A stretch of 64,000 bases of DNA, taken from positions 39,142 through 103,141 of the forward strand of contig MCFE01000285.1 in the NCBI GenBank assembly GCA_002104905.1, read 5' to 3'. The position numbers were made by a program, and so were the translations under genes. Origin of the DNA: Basidiobolus meristosporus CBS 931.73 (Eukaryota > Fungi > Basidiobolomycota). Below, one piece after another: positions 11,975-25,250 of the stretch. Each line of letters starts with the position of its first letter. Position 1 is the stretch's first letter. The notes under the pieces were generated by a model. That model saw only the letters and a program-made list of their open reading frames with translations, was not told where the DNA came from and searched no databases.

Positions 11975-14478
11975 GCAAGTCTCTATACCCTACACTAACA
12001 TTAAGCCCAACCCCACACTCAACAAGTAACTCCATTAAAATCCACCACTCAATAAGTATTTCTGCTGTTTTGCTCTGGTTCCACAACTATGGCAGGAACC
12101 CAATGGCTTTATGCCACTGTTCATTCACTGGTTCCCAAACATCCTGGTCTTCAGCTGGTGCTCCAAGGTCTAGCTCCTCATCTGCCAGTCTTTGCAATGA
12201 ATCCTTGCAATATTCAAGTGGGTTTTCTTGAGCACTACTCTTGAAGAAGTGCTGCAACATCTTGGTGTGCCTATTAATGTTCCAAAACTCCACTGAAGGC
12301 ATAGTGATAGTCTTTCAAGCTTTTGACATTGTAGCCTTGTCTGTCAGTGGGATCTCCACTCTGTCAGCAATGGAGGCTGTGGTAGACAAGTTGCCTTTTT
12401 CAGCAAACTCATCTACCTTGCTGGAGTGTAGCTCAACTGGCTGCGCTTCCAGTCCTTGTGAAAACAGCTGTTTTCTTGTTGGTAATTCTTCTTAGCTATG
12501 ATGGGATTCAGTTTGTTCCTGGCTTGTGGCATTAATTGGCAAGAACTGCAGTTTTCTTTGCATGCCTCCCTGTCCCAGGCTTGGGTAGACATTTTTCCCT
12601 TTAACTTTTCCTTTATCACTGCCAGGGCTTTCACTGCTACTTGGTCTGAGTGCTTCTTGTAAAGTACTAAGTTTTCTCCTGGATAAGTTCAGCTCTGACA
12701 CATCTGTTTTGGTCTGCTTGTCACTTGCTGGCTGTCTTCTGGCAACCTGATGTTTCTTTTCCACTTGTTTTGAGCTCTCAGCCATAGTAGTGATGGGCTC
12801 CTGTATAAGTGGCTGTTTTTTGTCACTGCCAGGTCCTTCACTGCTACTTTGACTGGATACTTCTTGAGTGGTACTATGCTTTTTCCTTGAAAAATTTTTT
12901 GCTGGTGCATCTGTGTCTGCCTGCTTGTCCCTAATTGGCACTCTTCTAGCTACCTGGTGTCTCTTTGATGCTTGTCTGGAGCTTTGGCCCTGCTTGTGAC
13001 AGGCTCTTGAGGAGGCTGCTGGTTTTTAGCCATGGCACCCTTGTTCTTCTGCCTATGATAGTTTCTGCTATTCTTAAGATACCTTCTTGGCATACCAACA
13101 CTGGCCTAAATCATTTTGCCCATTTGAATCCAGGATAGTGCTCATGGAACAAGTCAAGTGTATTTTGCTTGGCCTTGAGTTCCTGATGGTCCCATGTTAT
13201 GTTGGCCTTAAGGTGATGGCATGCTAGACTTCTGATGGCCTCTTGTATATTAGCCCACTCTTCATTATTGAACTCAATGGCTTCATGTATCTTCAATGTC
13301 TTTTGATTTTTGGGCTTTGGTATATACACTTCATTGTCTCCCTCTGACGCTGTGATAGGTTTTTCTGTGGGCTTTATCTTTGGGCACTGTTATTGTGCTT
13401 CAAAGACTGTGCCGTGTTCCTCTGCTGTTACATGTGGAAATGGCTCAGTTCTTTATGTGACATTGAGCTACTTGAGTTCCTTCTTTGCGGCAAGGATACT
13501 GCTTTTCTACCTGGGATAATGATTGATCTACATGTATTATCCACTCATCCTGTTTCTGGACTATTTCCTGTTTTCACTGGGCCATTGCATCTATCCTATC
13601 AGCCACTGCACCTAATTGCTTCATTAATGCTTTGGTATGAGCTGACAACATACTTGCTAATATGGGTGGTGATGATGTTATCATGGCCACTTGCTGATCT
13701 TCAACTGAGGGTACTGCATTTGCTACATTTTCATCTGCCTGAGCATAAAGGTCGGCTTGTGGCTCCGCAGAGGTTCTCAATTGCCCACTTGACTGAGAGC
13801 CTGAGGAGTCCGTATTATTACCTTCAATGGGCACACTGTCCACAGGGCTTTTTTTGGATGTAGCCCCACTTGTTGCACTGAATGTCAAAGCAAGCTGTTG
13901 TCCAACTGTTCTTCTGTTGCTGTCAGTGGAGGGGTTTAGTTGAGAACCAGACAACTTTGCTTTATTTTTTGGCAGCATATATATGGAAGTGAGTCATACC
14001 AAAGGGGAAATTGTGTTACATATATGTGTGTATGTGGTGCCACAACTTAATTTATAATGCTTGCTATGGCAGGTCATCATTGAATCTCACATTCATGTAG
14101 GTGCAATTACTCAAATACAAGACTGTCTTAAGCTCACATGAGTATTGATCAAGAAGTGATATAATAGCATTATATTGTTGAAGGTCAAACTGTTTGCCCC
14201 ATCAACAACACTACTTTGACTCAATGTCATAAGAGAAGAGAAAAAAGACCATGTGGCTATTTTGGCAAGCCTCTCAGCCATGAAGCATTTAGACAGCATA
14301 GGAAGTATTGCAAGGATCATGGCCAGTGTTTTGCCACCCAAGTCATATTTGACCATTCATTGGTCAATACTGTACCAACATTATCTTGCCAACCAGTTGA
14401 TACTTCTATATTGGCACCAGCCTGGCTTTGTCACCTTGCGCTAACTGAGTCAGGTGAGTTTGTGATGCCTTTAGTTCC
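11975..14478 (-). mobile_element. Repeat copy D (inverted relative to A); carries the empty Ty3 target site
   Basis: Its reverse complement reads ccaagcct-gggac-agggaggcatgc (~12560-12585), i.e. copy A without the Ty3. ORF remnants MLPKNKAK... and MPIRDKQAD... match copy A. Confidence 0.85.
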
Positions 14479-14489
14479 CAAAGGAGTAC

Positions 14490-14625
14490 TGCTGACTAGA
14501 GTATTTACTATAAGCCAGATAGAGCAAATCCAGGTCTATTAGCTCCATATGTGAAGGATCTGATTATAGCCACCAATGACCAAGAAACATTGGAAGATAC
14601 TCAATCTTGCCTATAAAAAGAGTTC
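14490..14625 (+). pseudogene. Ty1/Copia RT fragment
   Basis: Translates YYKPDRANPGLLAPYVKDLIIATND...KEF, a paralog of the 15673-16278 RT segment. Confidence 0.7.
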
Positions 14626-14895
14626 TGTTGCATCTCAGAGAAAGGTGTAAAAAAACTCTCAAGTGGTTTAACTGAGCCAATGGGACAATTAAGTGTAGAA
14701 TCTTAGAGTTTTCACAGAGTGGTAGAAAAATTAGCGGAGAGAACTTGGTATAATATTGATGTTGTATATAGCTGGGTTTGGCTATAAAGGCAACAGAGCT
14801 GGTTTACTATGCAGGCTAGGCTTGGTACTCTTGGAAGTGCTATATATGCTAGGCTTAGTTAGAAGCTAGCATGCTATGACTTTCATACTAGAACT

Positions 14896-17800
14896 TGTTG
14901 TAAGAGTCTTGAAGATATTGGAGGTGATCAGGAGAACAAGTAGATTATGTGGTTTTCACTTGATGATTTATTGAATGCAAAAGTAGTATTTATACTTTTA
15001 CATGGTCTTGACATTACAAGCATATAGAATAGGCTAAGGGAGGTCCCAAGAGCATGTGTGCAAAGTTTGGGGCTGCTTGGATAACTTTAAGAATTCTCAT
15101 GTTCTGGGTACCTGGTATTTTAGTGAAAATATTCCAAGTAAACCCCAACAAGGAATCTGGTCAGTATTCTCTAGGATTTGAAGGTAATGATCCAAGTGAC
15201 TGAGTTTGGTGAATACTTATATTATGACTAGCCCTGATTTTGACCTAAGATATTCAAACTTGACTCTGGCTAATGATCCAGTGGATATGTCTGCAATCAT
15301 TTCATCTGAAGGATAGTAAACTAGGCTAACTAAGTTTCTCTCTATAGCTTCACATATGAAATGATGTCTCATATTTATGTGCTTAGTTCTAGCATGAAAA
15401 GTTGGATTTCTACCTAATTGTATACATTGTTAATTATCTTCAAATAAAGTAATAGGCATTTTCTGACATCGGCATATATCTGTAAAAAGCTTTCTTAACC
15501 ACATTGCTTCTTTTGTAGCTTCACAGGCTGTCATGTACTCTGCCTCTGTGATAGAAAGTGCTATGGTTAGTTGTTTTCTTGAATTCCATGAAATTGCTCC
15601 TTCAGGGTAAAGAACAGTGTATCCTGTGGTGGATCTTCTGTCTTACAAATTTTGTCCCCAATTAGCATCAGACTATCCCAAAATACCCTGCTCTGAGCTC
15701 TTATAGGTGTATCTTAAGCAAATATCTGCAGTTTCTTTTAGGTATTTAAAAATCCGTTTAAATGCTGCAATATTCTCAGATCTGTAGTTCCAATTATGTT
15801 GGCTGACAACTCCCACTGAATATGCAATATCTGGGCATGTTCCAAGCATGATATTCATCAGATTGCTGATCATAGATTGATAAGGAAAGTCAAGGCTTTC
15901 AGATGGCACCAAGCTCTCTTGATTTGGTTGAGCTTTGACCAAGTAAAGGTTTGTCTCCATTGGGGTAGCTGCCGGTTTACAGTCTTCCATTTTATACTTC
16001 TTTAGTATATCTTGAATATACTTGCATTGGCTTAGGGTGATAGTCTGGGTACTTCTGTCTATGGAGAACTTAATCCCTAAGTAGTAACTAAGTTCTCCTA
16101 GATTGGACATCTTGAACTCCTTAGATAGGCTGGATTTAGTCTCTTCCAATGTTTCTAGGTTATTAGTGGCTATAATAAGATCATCCACATATAGAGCTAA
16201 CAGAACTGGATTTGTTCTATCTGGCTTATAGTATATACTATAGTCAGCATTACTCCTTTTGAAACTTAAAGATTCCAAATAAGAATCTATCTTGCAATTC
16301 CAGGCTCTTGGTCAATATTTGAGACCATATAGTGACTTTTTAAGCTTGCAGTCCAAATGAGGGCTATGTTGGTCAACAAACCCATCAGGCTGGTCAATAT
16401 ACATGTCCTCATCAAGTTCTCCATTCAAAAATGCAGTTTTTACATCCATTTGATGAATAAAAAACTTATATTTGGCTGCAATAGCCAATTTTAATCTGAT
16501 GGAATTAAACTTGGCTACTGGTGCAAAGGTCTCAGTATAGTCAAGTCCTTTTGTTTGAGAGTGTCCTTTGGGTACAAGTCTTGCTTTGTATCTTTCAATT
16601 GTACTATCAGCCTTGTATCTTGTCTTGAAGACCCATCTGCATCCAATTGATTTTTGGTTGATTGGTAATTTGATTAAGTCCCAAGTTAGATATTCCATCA
16701 GGGCCTGATATTCCTCAGCCATTGCAGATCTCCAAAGCTTTGTCTGAGGGCTATTTGGGGCCTCTTTTACAGTCTGGGGCTCATCAATAAGGACTGAATA
16801 GGCTTAAGCTAAGTTTGTACCCTCATTGATATAGTAATTTGGCTATTTCTTGTCCAATTGGATCTCCAGGCATTTGATACTGGAATGCTCACTTCTGGGA
16901 TATTCCTGGGCACTGATCCTGGCTGAACCATGGTTGTAGAGTCCTCTGGAGTGAAAAAATTTTCATTGTTTTGCTCTGATTCAATCCTGCCAATTGGTAA
17001 ATTTGAGATCAGATTTTGTCATCATCGGATGTCATTTTTTTGGGAAAATTTTTAATTTTCATCAAAAAGCACATCCCTGGACATGATAAGCTTCTTTGCT
17101 TTGGTATTATGGAGTCTGTATGCTTTACTTTCATTGCAGTAGCCCAAGAATATGCATTCTACACTTTTTGGCTCAAATTTTGACTAATTTCTGGGCAGTT
17201 TCTTAGCATATGCTGTACACCCAAATATTCTTAGATGTTCTGCACTTGGTCTGTATCTATACCATACTTCAAATGGAGTAGAATCACAAAGTACTCTGTT
17301 ATAACTCCAATTCTTAAGATATGCAGCAGTGGCAACTGATTCCGCCCAAAAATTGTAGGATAATTTTTGATCATGGATCATAGATCTTGCCATATCAATT
17401 ATTGATCTGTTGGCACATTTTGCTACTCCATTTTGCTGTGGGGAGTATTGTACAGTAGTCTCTTGCTTTATCCCATGAATTTTGCCAAAGTGGATGAAGA
17501 GTTTTGAGGTATATTCTCCACCATTGTCAGAGCATATTTGCTTGATTTTTTCACCAGTTCCTCTCTCCACCATGGCTTTAAACTCCCTGAGCTTAGACAG
17601 AGCTTCTGCCTTTCTCTCCATGAAGTAGACCCATGTGTATCTTGTATAATCATCAATAAAAGTGATTAAATACTTCAACCCGCCTAAGGATAAATTTTGC
17701 ATAGGTTCACACATATTTGAGTGAATTAGATCTAATTTTTTCTTAGTTTTGATTAACCCAGAGCTCTTGAACGGTTGTCTGGCTTGTTTCCCATATACGC

Positions 17801-19535
17801 AGGCTTCACAGTGCTCCAAATTAGCTGGGGGATCAATTTTTACTCCAGATATTAGCTGATCTTTGATCATTTTGGGCAAATAATCAAAATTGATGTGCAC
17901 AAATCTCCTGTGCCAAAGCATTGGTGTTTCTTCATTTAAGTTACTTATATTGGTTTCCAAATATGATGGAATAAAAGTCAACTTGTATAGATTCTGATTT
18001 CTGATACCCAAAGCAATATGGGCACCATTTTGATCAGTGATCTTGCATTCAGAATTGTCAAAGCTGAAACTGAGTCCTTCTGCAGTGACCTTGCTTACAG
18101 ATAGTAGGTTCTTGGCTATTTCTGGTACATGGAGTACTTCTTTAAAGGTCAGTGTATGGCCCCCTTCACTGCTTCTAAGGTTTACTTGGATAGCTCCTTC
18201 TCCCACTGAATCAAGTGCTCTATTGTCACCCATGAAAACCTTCTTAATTGGAATCTCCTTATATGGGGTAAATAGTTCTTTTTGGTGTGTAAAGTGTTGA
18301 GATGCTCCAGAGCCAATGTACCACATCTGAGAATCCTTGTTTGTGGTCATATTTAGTGCAGATATGAATAGTCTATCTTCAGTTGTTGCATTATTTCCAT
18401 ATTCAGGCTTCTTCTGCTGATTATCTCTCTTTTTGAGACACTGGTCTGATGTGTGCCCTTTCCTTTGGCAGTAATTACAAAACAGGCTGCTATTGCCTTT
18501 GTAAGGTCTTGGATACTTCCTTTCTTGGCTATTGTTGCTTATTAAGGCATTTTCTTATTCCTTCTTGTTGGTGCTTGATTTTCTTAATTCTTCATCCAGG
18601 AGCCTTCCATATACATAATTTAAGGTCAAATCTTCAGTTCTGGACTCTAGGGCTGACACAAGGCCCTGAAACTCATCTGTCAGGCTATTCAGGATGGTAA
18701 CTATCACATCCTCATCAGTAGTTGGTATGCCTAAAGATTCCATCTCATGTACCAGCAGGGTAATTCTGTTAATTAGATTTTTCATTTCCTCTCCTGGCTA
18801 CATCTTTGTAGTAAAGAATTTTTGTCTCAGATACATTTTCTTAGCAGCTGAACATGACTGGTAGGTGTCTTCTAATGCCTTCCAAGAATTCTTTGCTGTT
18901 TTTGCTCTTGAGCATTGCATTAGCAATTTGTCTTTAACATTGATGCAAATGCAGTTAAAGGCACTTTGTTCTTTCTTCTGGTATTTTAAGGCTTCCTCTC
19001 CCACATTTTTAGGAGGGCATTCTTCTCCCATGACAATATCCCAAAGGCCTCTTTCTTGTGGCAGCATCTTCATCTTCACCTTTCACACCTGGTAGTTAGA
19101 TCCATCCAACTTTTCAGCGGAGGGAAAAAATCCAGTAATAGCAGTATTCAACATTGCTGAGAGTGTCAGATTGGGGGTCATAACCTGTTGTAAGAGTCTT
19201 GGAGATATTGGAAGTGATTTGGGAGAACAAGTAGATTATGTGGTTTTCACTTAATGATTTATTGAATGTAAAAGTAGTATTTATACTTTTACATGGTCTT
19301 GGCATTACAAACATGTAGAATAGACTAAGGGAGGTCCCAAGAACATGTGTGCAAAGTGTGGGGCTGTTTGGGCAACTTTGAGAATTTTCATGTTCTGGGC
19401 ACCTGGTATTTTGGTGAAAGTATTCCAAGTAAACCCCAACAAGGAATCTGGTCAGTATTCTCTAGGATTTGAAGGTAATGTTCTAAGTGACTAAGTTAGG
19501 TGAATATTTAGGTGGAATTACAAACTTTCACAACA
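14896..19535 (-). mobile_element. Ty1/Copia LTR retrotransposon (degenerate), inserted antisense into another Copia RNase H
   Basis: 5' LTR 19186-19535 (TGTTG...CAACA); 3' LTR 14896-~15217 lacking its inner end and PPT; TSD GAACT at 14891-14895 and 19536-19540; PBS GGTTATGACCCCC (19185-19173); gag, intact CNYCQRKGHTSDQC knuckle, WYIGSGASQH (PR), FIDDYTR/SDNGGEY (IN), QMDVKTAFLNG and LYVDDL (RT), RNase H. Confidence 0.95.
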
Positions 19536-19935
19536 GAACTAAGCACATAGATATCAAATACCATTTTATACATGAAGCTATAGAGAATAGCTTAGTTAAC
19601 TAAGCTTACAGTCCTACATATGAAGCAATTGCAGACATATTTACCAAACCAATTGCTAGAGACAAATTTGAATATTTCAGGTCAAGTTGGATTCACTTAG
19701 AATACTTTCACCAAAATATCTGGTACTCAGAACATGAAAATTCTGAGTTGGCCAAACATCCCCAAACCTTGCTCACATGTTCTTGGGACCTTCCCAACCC
19801 TATCTTACTTATTTGTTTAGCCAAGACCATCTAAAAGTATGTAAACTACTTTACATTTAATGAGTGGTTGAGTGAATACCACATAATTTACTTGCTCACC
19901 AAATCACTTCCAATGTTTCTAGGACTCTTACAACA
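19536..19935 (+). mobile_element. Host Copia remnant: RNase H end plus partial LTR ending CTTACAACA
   Basis: Joining 14880-14895 to 19541+ gives FHTRTKHIDIKYHFIHEA...ADIFTKP; LTR-like sequence of the same family follows. Confidence 0.8.
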
Positions 19936-21205
19936 TATCTAAGGAGTTCAAAATGTCCAACATAGGAGAGCTCAGCTAATATATGGCTATACCATTCTCC
20001 ATATACAGAAGCACCCATATCATCACCCTGGGCCAGTCCACTATATTAAAGATATACTTAGAAAGAACCAAATGAAAGACTGTAAACTGGCAGCTAACCT
20101 GATGGAGACAAACCTTAACTTGGTCCAAACTCAACTAAATCAAGAAAGCTTGATGCTGCCTGAAAGCCCAGACTACTGTTACCAGCCTGTGATTGGCAGT
20201 CTGGTGTATACCATGCATGGAGCATGTCCAGATATCACATATTCAGTGGGAGTTATTGGTCAGCGTAATCAGAATTTTGGCTCTGGCCATATTGCAGCAG
20301 TTAAGCAAATTTTCAGATACTTGAAAGAAACTGCAGATATCTGCTTAAAGTATATCTATAACAACTCACCGCAGGATTTTGTGGGATACTCTGGTGCTGA
20401 TTGGGGACAAAATTTTAAAGATACAAGACCCACCCAAGGAAATACCTTTCTGCACTGTAAAGGAGCAATTTGATGGAACTGAAGTAAGCAACCAACTGTA
20501 GCACTTTCCACTACAGAGGCAGAGTATATGGCAGCCTGTGAGGTTCCAAAAGAAGCAATGTGGCAAAGAATACTGCTTAAACACTTAGGCTTATGTCAAA
20601 AAGCCCCTGCTACATTATATCAAGATAATCAAGGATGTACTCAATTTGATAGAAATCCAACTTTTCATGCTAGCACCAAGTATATAGATATTAGACATCA
20701 TCTCATATGTGAAGCTATAAAGTATAGCTTAGTTAACTTAGTATACTGTCCTATAGATGATATGATTACAGACATATTTACCAAACCATTAGCTAGAGGC
20801 ATATTTGAATATTTTAGATCACAATGAGGACTAGTCACTGACTATTTAGTTGAGTGGGAGTTTAGTAAGATTTGTAGTTACACCTACATATTCACCTAGC
20901 TTAGTCACTTATATCATTGCCTGCAAGTCTTTGAGAACTCTGGCCAAATTACTTGTTAAGCTATACTTTGAATATTTTCACCAAAACATCAGGTATCTGG
21001 AACATGAAAAATTCTCAGAGTTGTCTGTACAGCTGCTGACTTTGCCCACATTTCTGACCTTCCTAAGCATTTTCCACATGTTTGTTTTGCCAAGACCATG
21101 CAAAAGTACAAATACCACTTTTGCACTCAATATATCATGGAATGAAACCAACATAATCTACTAGTTCTCCCAATCACTTCCAATATCACCAAGACCCTTA
21201 CAACA
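19936..21205 (+). mobile_element. 3' half of a further Copia copy: RT-RNase H, PPT, LTR
   Basis: SKEFKMSN, CPDITYSVG, GYSGADWG, EAEYMA, TKYIDIRHH, DIFTKPL; purine tract TGAGTGGGAG near 20850; LTR ~20860-21205 ending CTTACAACA. Confidence 0.85.
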
Positions 21206-21854
21206 GAAAACATATAATATGCATATTGTCCTGATTACTTCCAATACCTCCAAAGCTCTTGCAACACTATGTTGCCAGAAATCTAGATTATCTGGTAACA
21301 TCCCTATGACACTCATAGGACTGGGCATCTTTGATACAGTATATGCCAATAGTTGCCAAGAACCAGACACAGTAATCCATCCATTGAAAATGCCTGCTGA
21401 CTGCTGTAGCTGTGGGTAGAGTAGATGTGTATTACTTATGGTATCCAGATATGGGAGCCTAGACCAAGAGAAGCAACCCAACGGAACACAGGATGCAATT
21501 GATTTGCTCCAGTATCTCATCATAGCAATCAAACCAACAGTTGATGATTCAATTTAATGGCAGTTGTTGGGGAATACTTCGGAAAGGGCTGGAGCGTAGG
21601 GCCCCAGGATTGGAGCTGTTGTGGGAATTCCAAGAATCCAGGAGGTTAAGTCAAATATGGGCATGTAGGATCCCGATCATATACTCGAACCCACCGAATC
21701 TGGGGAGTGGGATCTCAGGTGAGTTTAAATTGATTTATTTTCGGGGAATATGTTCATAGTGTATTGAATTCAAAACCGATCCATCCCTCCACAAAAATTT
21801 CTTCTCTCCGATTGCTCCTCTATGGTTCTTTTTCGTTCGTTGACGGGATGCGAG

Positions 21855-24037
21855 TTAGCCCCTGCCAGAGCATACGGAGCTTGCTTGCGAGTTGGGGAAT
21901 TCCTCTTCCAAACCTTTGCTGGGGCCCGAGCTATGGAAGATTTTGGGTCGATAGGAGGGGTCCTTTTCCATGACACTTCAACGAATCGAATTAGTTTGGC
22001 CGCATCGTATATGGGGTAGTTGCCATCCTTACCTGGAATTCCGAAACTTCTCGATCAGGGCGGCCTTTCCTTGGATGTTTGCGTACGAAATGTGACAGAT
22101 TTTATCGGAATTGAAGCGACCCCTGTTTCAGCGTGTTACTACAAGTGATCTATGGGCCATTCCTCATCACGTGAGCTCTTACCATTTACGACCCACTCGT
22201 TTCTCCACAAAGCTGACGACCGCGCTATGCATAAGAGTTAGGTGGGCTTCTGACACTGCTAAGTCTGAGGTGGCTTACTTGACGTCGATGAAGTTGATGA
22301 ACGCGTATCCAACGTTGCAATGGTTCTTGAAGTCCATGCGGAGGTACACAAAGTCATACTCTCCCTTGTGTGTCTCGTCAATACACTCCAGCAGCATTTT
22401 CTGGGGTGCTTGGTTATTTCATACCCGAGGCGGTGATTCTTGGAGGGACTTACCTGGGTGTACTTGTTAGGGATATTCCGAATCATAAACGTGGTCCTAG
22501 TGTCAAGCCCTAAATAAGGTGGTGTAAGTCGTGGTTTCCCGCAAATCCTTCACAAGACTTCGTGCTACCTTGTGCAACTTTCCAAATGTCAACCTGATTC
22601 CGGCTGGGGACCGCATTATCGCAGGAGCCAGCGTTGGAAGAAAATCTTGGCATTTTTGCCGAGAGCTTGGTGGAATCATCGTCCCAAGTGGTGTAAAGAG
22701 GCTTCCTTGCCATTGCAGATCGAAAGGCTTGACTTGGGCAGGAAGCACCTGAACGATATACGGGCCCTAAGGTAATGTTAGTGGAGGGGTATGACCGATA
22801 GAGTCCTTATGGCATTACCATTGTTCAGCATCGGCATGGTCTCTTCTTTCCATGCAGCACAAGGCGAGTAACCCAAGCCAAAATCGAACCCCGGATCTCT
22901 GAAGAGCACCATTCTATCCATGAAATCTTCATCAGGGCAGAAGTTCACTTGATATTGAGTGTTCTGAGGATCGATTCGATGCAGTTTCTCCTCCGCTGCA
23001 ACTGCATGTCTTATATCGTAGTACTCGATAACTATACTAGCTTTGTAAGGGAGCTGGCTGATCTCCCGGATCTCCCCACATGATTCTAGAATCAACTGCA
23101 TGTTGGAGGTGAACTGGTTAGGAGGGCAAAACGACAGCAGGATTTTCCCATCCAGATCGTTGAACTCCTTGAAGGAGTTATGATGCTTGACTAGCTGCGA
23201 GACGCGGACAAAATTAACCGACGCTTGCTCTCCTTCGATTTGACCAGATCGCAAAAGTCGGACCGCTGCAATGGCATCTCGCAAATCGTAGTAGGCGATG
23301 ATCACACCAAGATCATAGGCGCGCTCGGTAAACACTTGCCACACTTTGCCAGAATTCTAGAACGAAAGGTTTACTACTTGACAAGAGTGGCGTTCTGCTG
23401 CTCTGCAATGATTACCTTCAGAAGCTTCAACTCTTCAATGTCAATATCCTGGGGTAACGGGCTTACGGCAACAAAGTGGGTTGGTGTCAGACTATGGAAA
23501 GAGGATAGCTCTCGCATATCGGCTGCTTCGTTGCTACCCCATGCATTAGACGGTGTCGGATTGCATCTACTCATTGGGCTCTCTAGGACAAACAATATCA
23601 GTTACATACTGGTCCTGGGTCTGAGAAGATTGCTGGTCACCAACCAAAGCCCCACTCAAATGGACTATTTTCAGGATATCTAGGGGTTTTTGATCGGGTC
23701 GCATTTACTAGTGGAGAACCAGCATAAATCTTCGTTCTAGGGATCGGGTCGATGATAGGATTGGGCAAGTAGGAGGAGCCAAACATCGGAGGCAGCTCAG
23801 AGGCGATACGTGTGTTCTATAGCCGCACAGTTAGAGAATCATCAGCATGGGAAAGCCATCAAGACGGATTACCTGGGAGGCATCCTTTATCGGGTCCACC
23901 ACTTTCTTGCCAACATTAGAGATGGTTGATACTAGTCGGAATTTTTCAGAGTCCGTTGTGGCTTTACTCTCGTTGTCTAGGACTACTTCTATGGGGGTAT
24001 TCTGCAGGACTGTCTTTCCTGTAGCAGTCGCAAGCAT
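21855..24037 (-). CDS. mei2: Mei2-like RRM RNA-binding protein (multi-exon)
   Basis: RRM1/2 motifs (YYDLRDA, EYYDIRHA) and the diagnostic RRM3 GLDTRTTFMIRNIPNKYTQ...DFVYLRMDFKNHCNVGYAFINF...SYANIQGKAALIEKFRNS...SYRPKIF. GT-AG introns traced from ATG 24037 to TAA 21855. Confidence 0.9.
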
Positions 24038-25250
24038 TTTTGGTGGTTAGGAATGAAGAAGGAGGGGGTTAAATGCGATTGGTTTACACGAGAGCAAGTT
24101 ACGTGTAGGATCAGACTTGAAAGGAGTCCCTCGCACCCAAGAATAGACAAGTCTAGAAAGAAGGAATAAATGAAAACCTGGAAGCGAGAGATCTTTTATA
24201 ACACTATTCCTGGGAGGGAGCATAAATCAGGTTCTGCTGGGGAGCGCAATGAATGATCTCAGTCATCCTCATCTTTCTGTTGCAAACTGATTTTCAAGCC
24301 CGGTGGTTTATTGGCCGGCTATATGGGAGAAATCCGAAGCAGAGCCAGGATTGGTATCATTTCCATAAGATTGCTTGATTGCTGCTTCACAGGCAGCGCA
24401 GAAATCCGCGGATCAAACTAAATGCCAGCATTCTCGTTTCTCCTTTACCCCCTATTCTCAGCCCCTTTTTTCTTCATTGGATTTCATCCGATAAAGAACA
24501 GGAATGAGGCAACGACTAGCACCCTTCACACCACTGGCGATCCCTGGGATCTTCTCCTCCTTTCTCCTCGACTGCTGCCACCTGCAAACCTCCAGCCTTG
24601 CCAGCCCCACGCTTCCTGTACTCCTGACCTGTGGTTTGATTATGTCCTCCGCGCACTGAGACAGGAATCCAATCGAGGTGACTTGCTCGCGCCAATGGGG
24701 GGCGGGTAAGGGCTGGATCATATGATGAATGCCATATGACAACTTCAACGGTGGTTGCTGATTCATATCCTCTAAGCTTAGATTGTATGCTGTATGGAGC
24801 TGGACCTCGCCATTGGCAACGGAGGTCCCCAGCATCCGATGTGTCTGTTGCATGTCGATCAAGTGAATGGCCGATGTGGCATTTAGTATACAGGATGTTT
24901 CGAGCTCTCATGCGTTGCTGCCTCTTTATTCTTACAATGGGACTTGAAGCCACCAACTATGTTGCCATTTCACACTTGCGCAATCCCATCTGAAATAAAT
25001 GGCCTTATTTCCTTTCTAGTCAATTCCATATTAACCCGCAAATCCTCGGTAATTTATAGCCAGCTGTCTATTTTGCTTATCTTCGTGCTTGACTTTACAA
25101 CCTGGCCTTTTTTTCCTTCACCCGTTGTAACTTGCCATCTGTCTTCCCTCCGAAGCTCCCTTGACTTCTTCAAGACATACGTATTCGCCTCTGGATATAT
25201 AAATATATCACCGTGATTTGTTACCGGCCCTTAAAGCTTGTGCATTTCTG

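Noticed and set aside
14626-14870. Possible extra LTR starting TGTTG
   Set aside because: No partner LTR or matching TSD found in the window.
1-21500. Classical RIP as the cause of TE decay
   Set aside because: CpA is plentiful and TpA is not obviously enriched; the loss is CpG-specific.
21206-21532. 123-aa minus-strand ORF after the last Copia LTR
   Set aside because: CpG-depleted, probably a TE relic; no motif recognised.
24422-24993. Overlapping 85-146 aa ORFs between mei2 and the MAPKKK
   Set aside because: No domain, no convincing splice structure, ORFs on both strands; treated as promoter/UTR.
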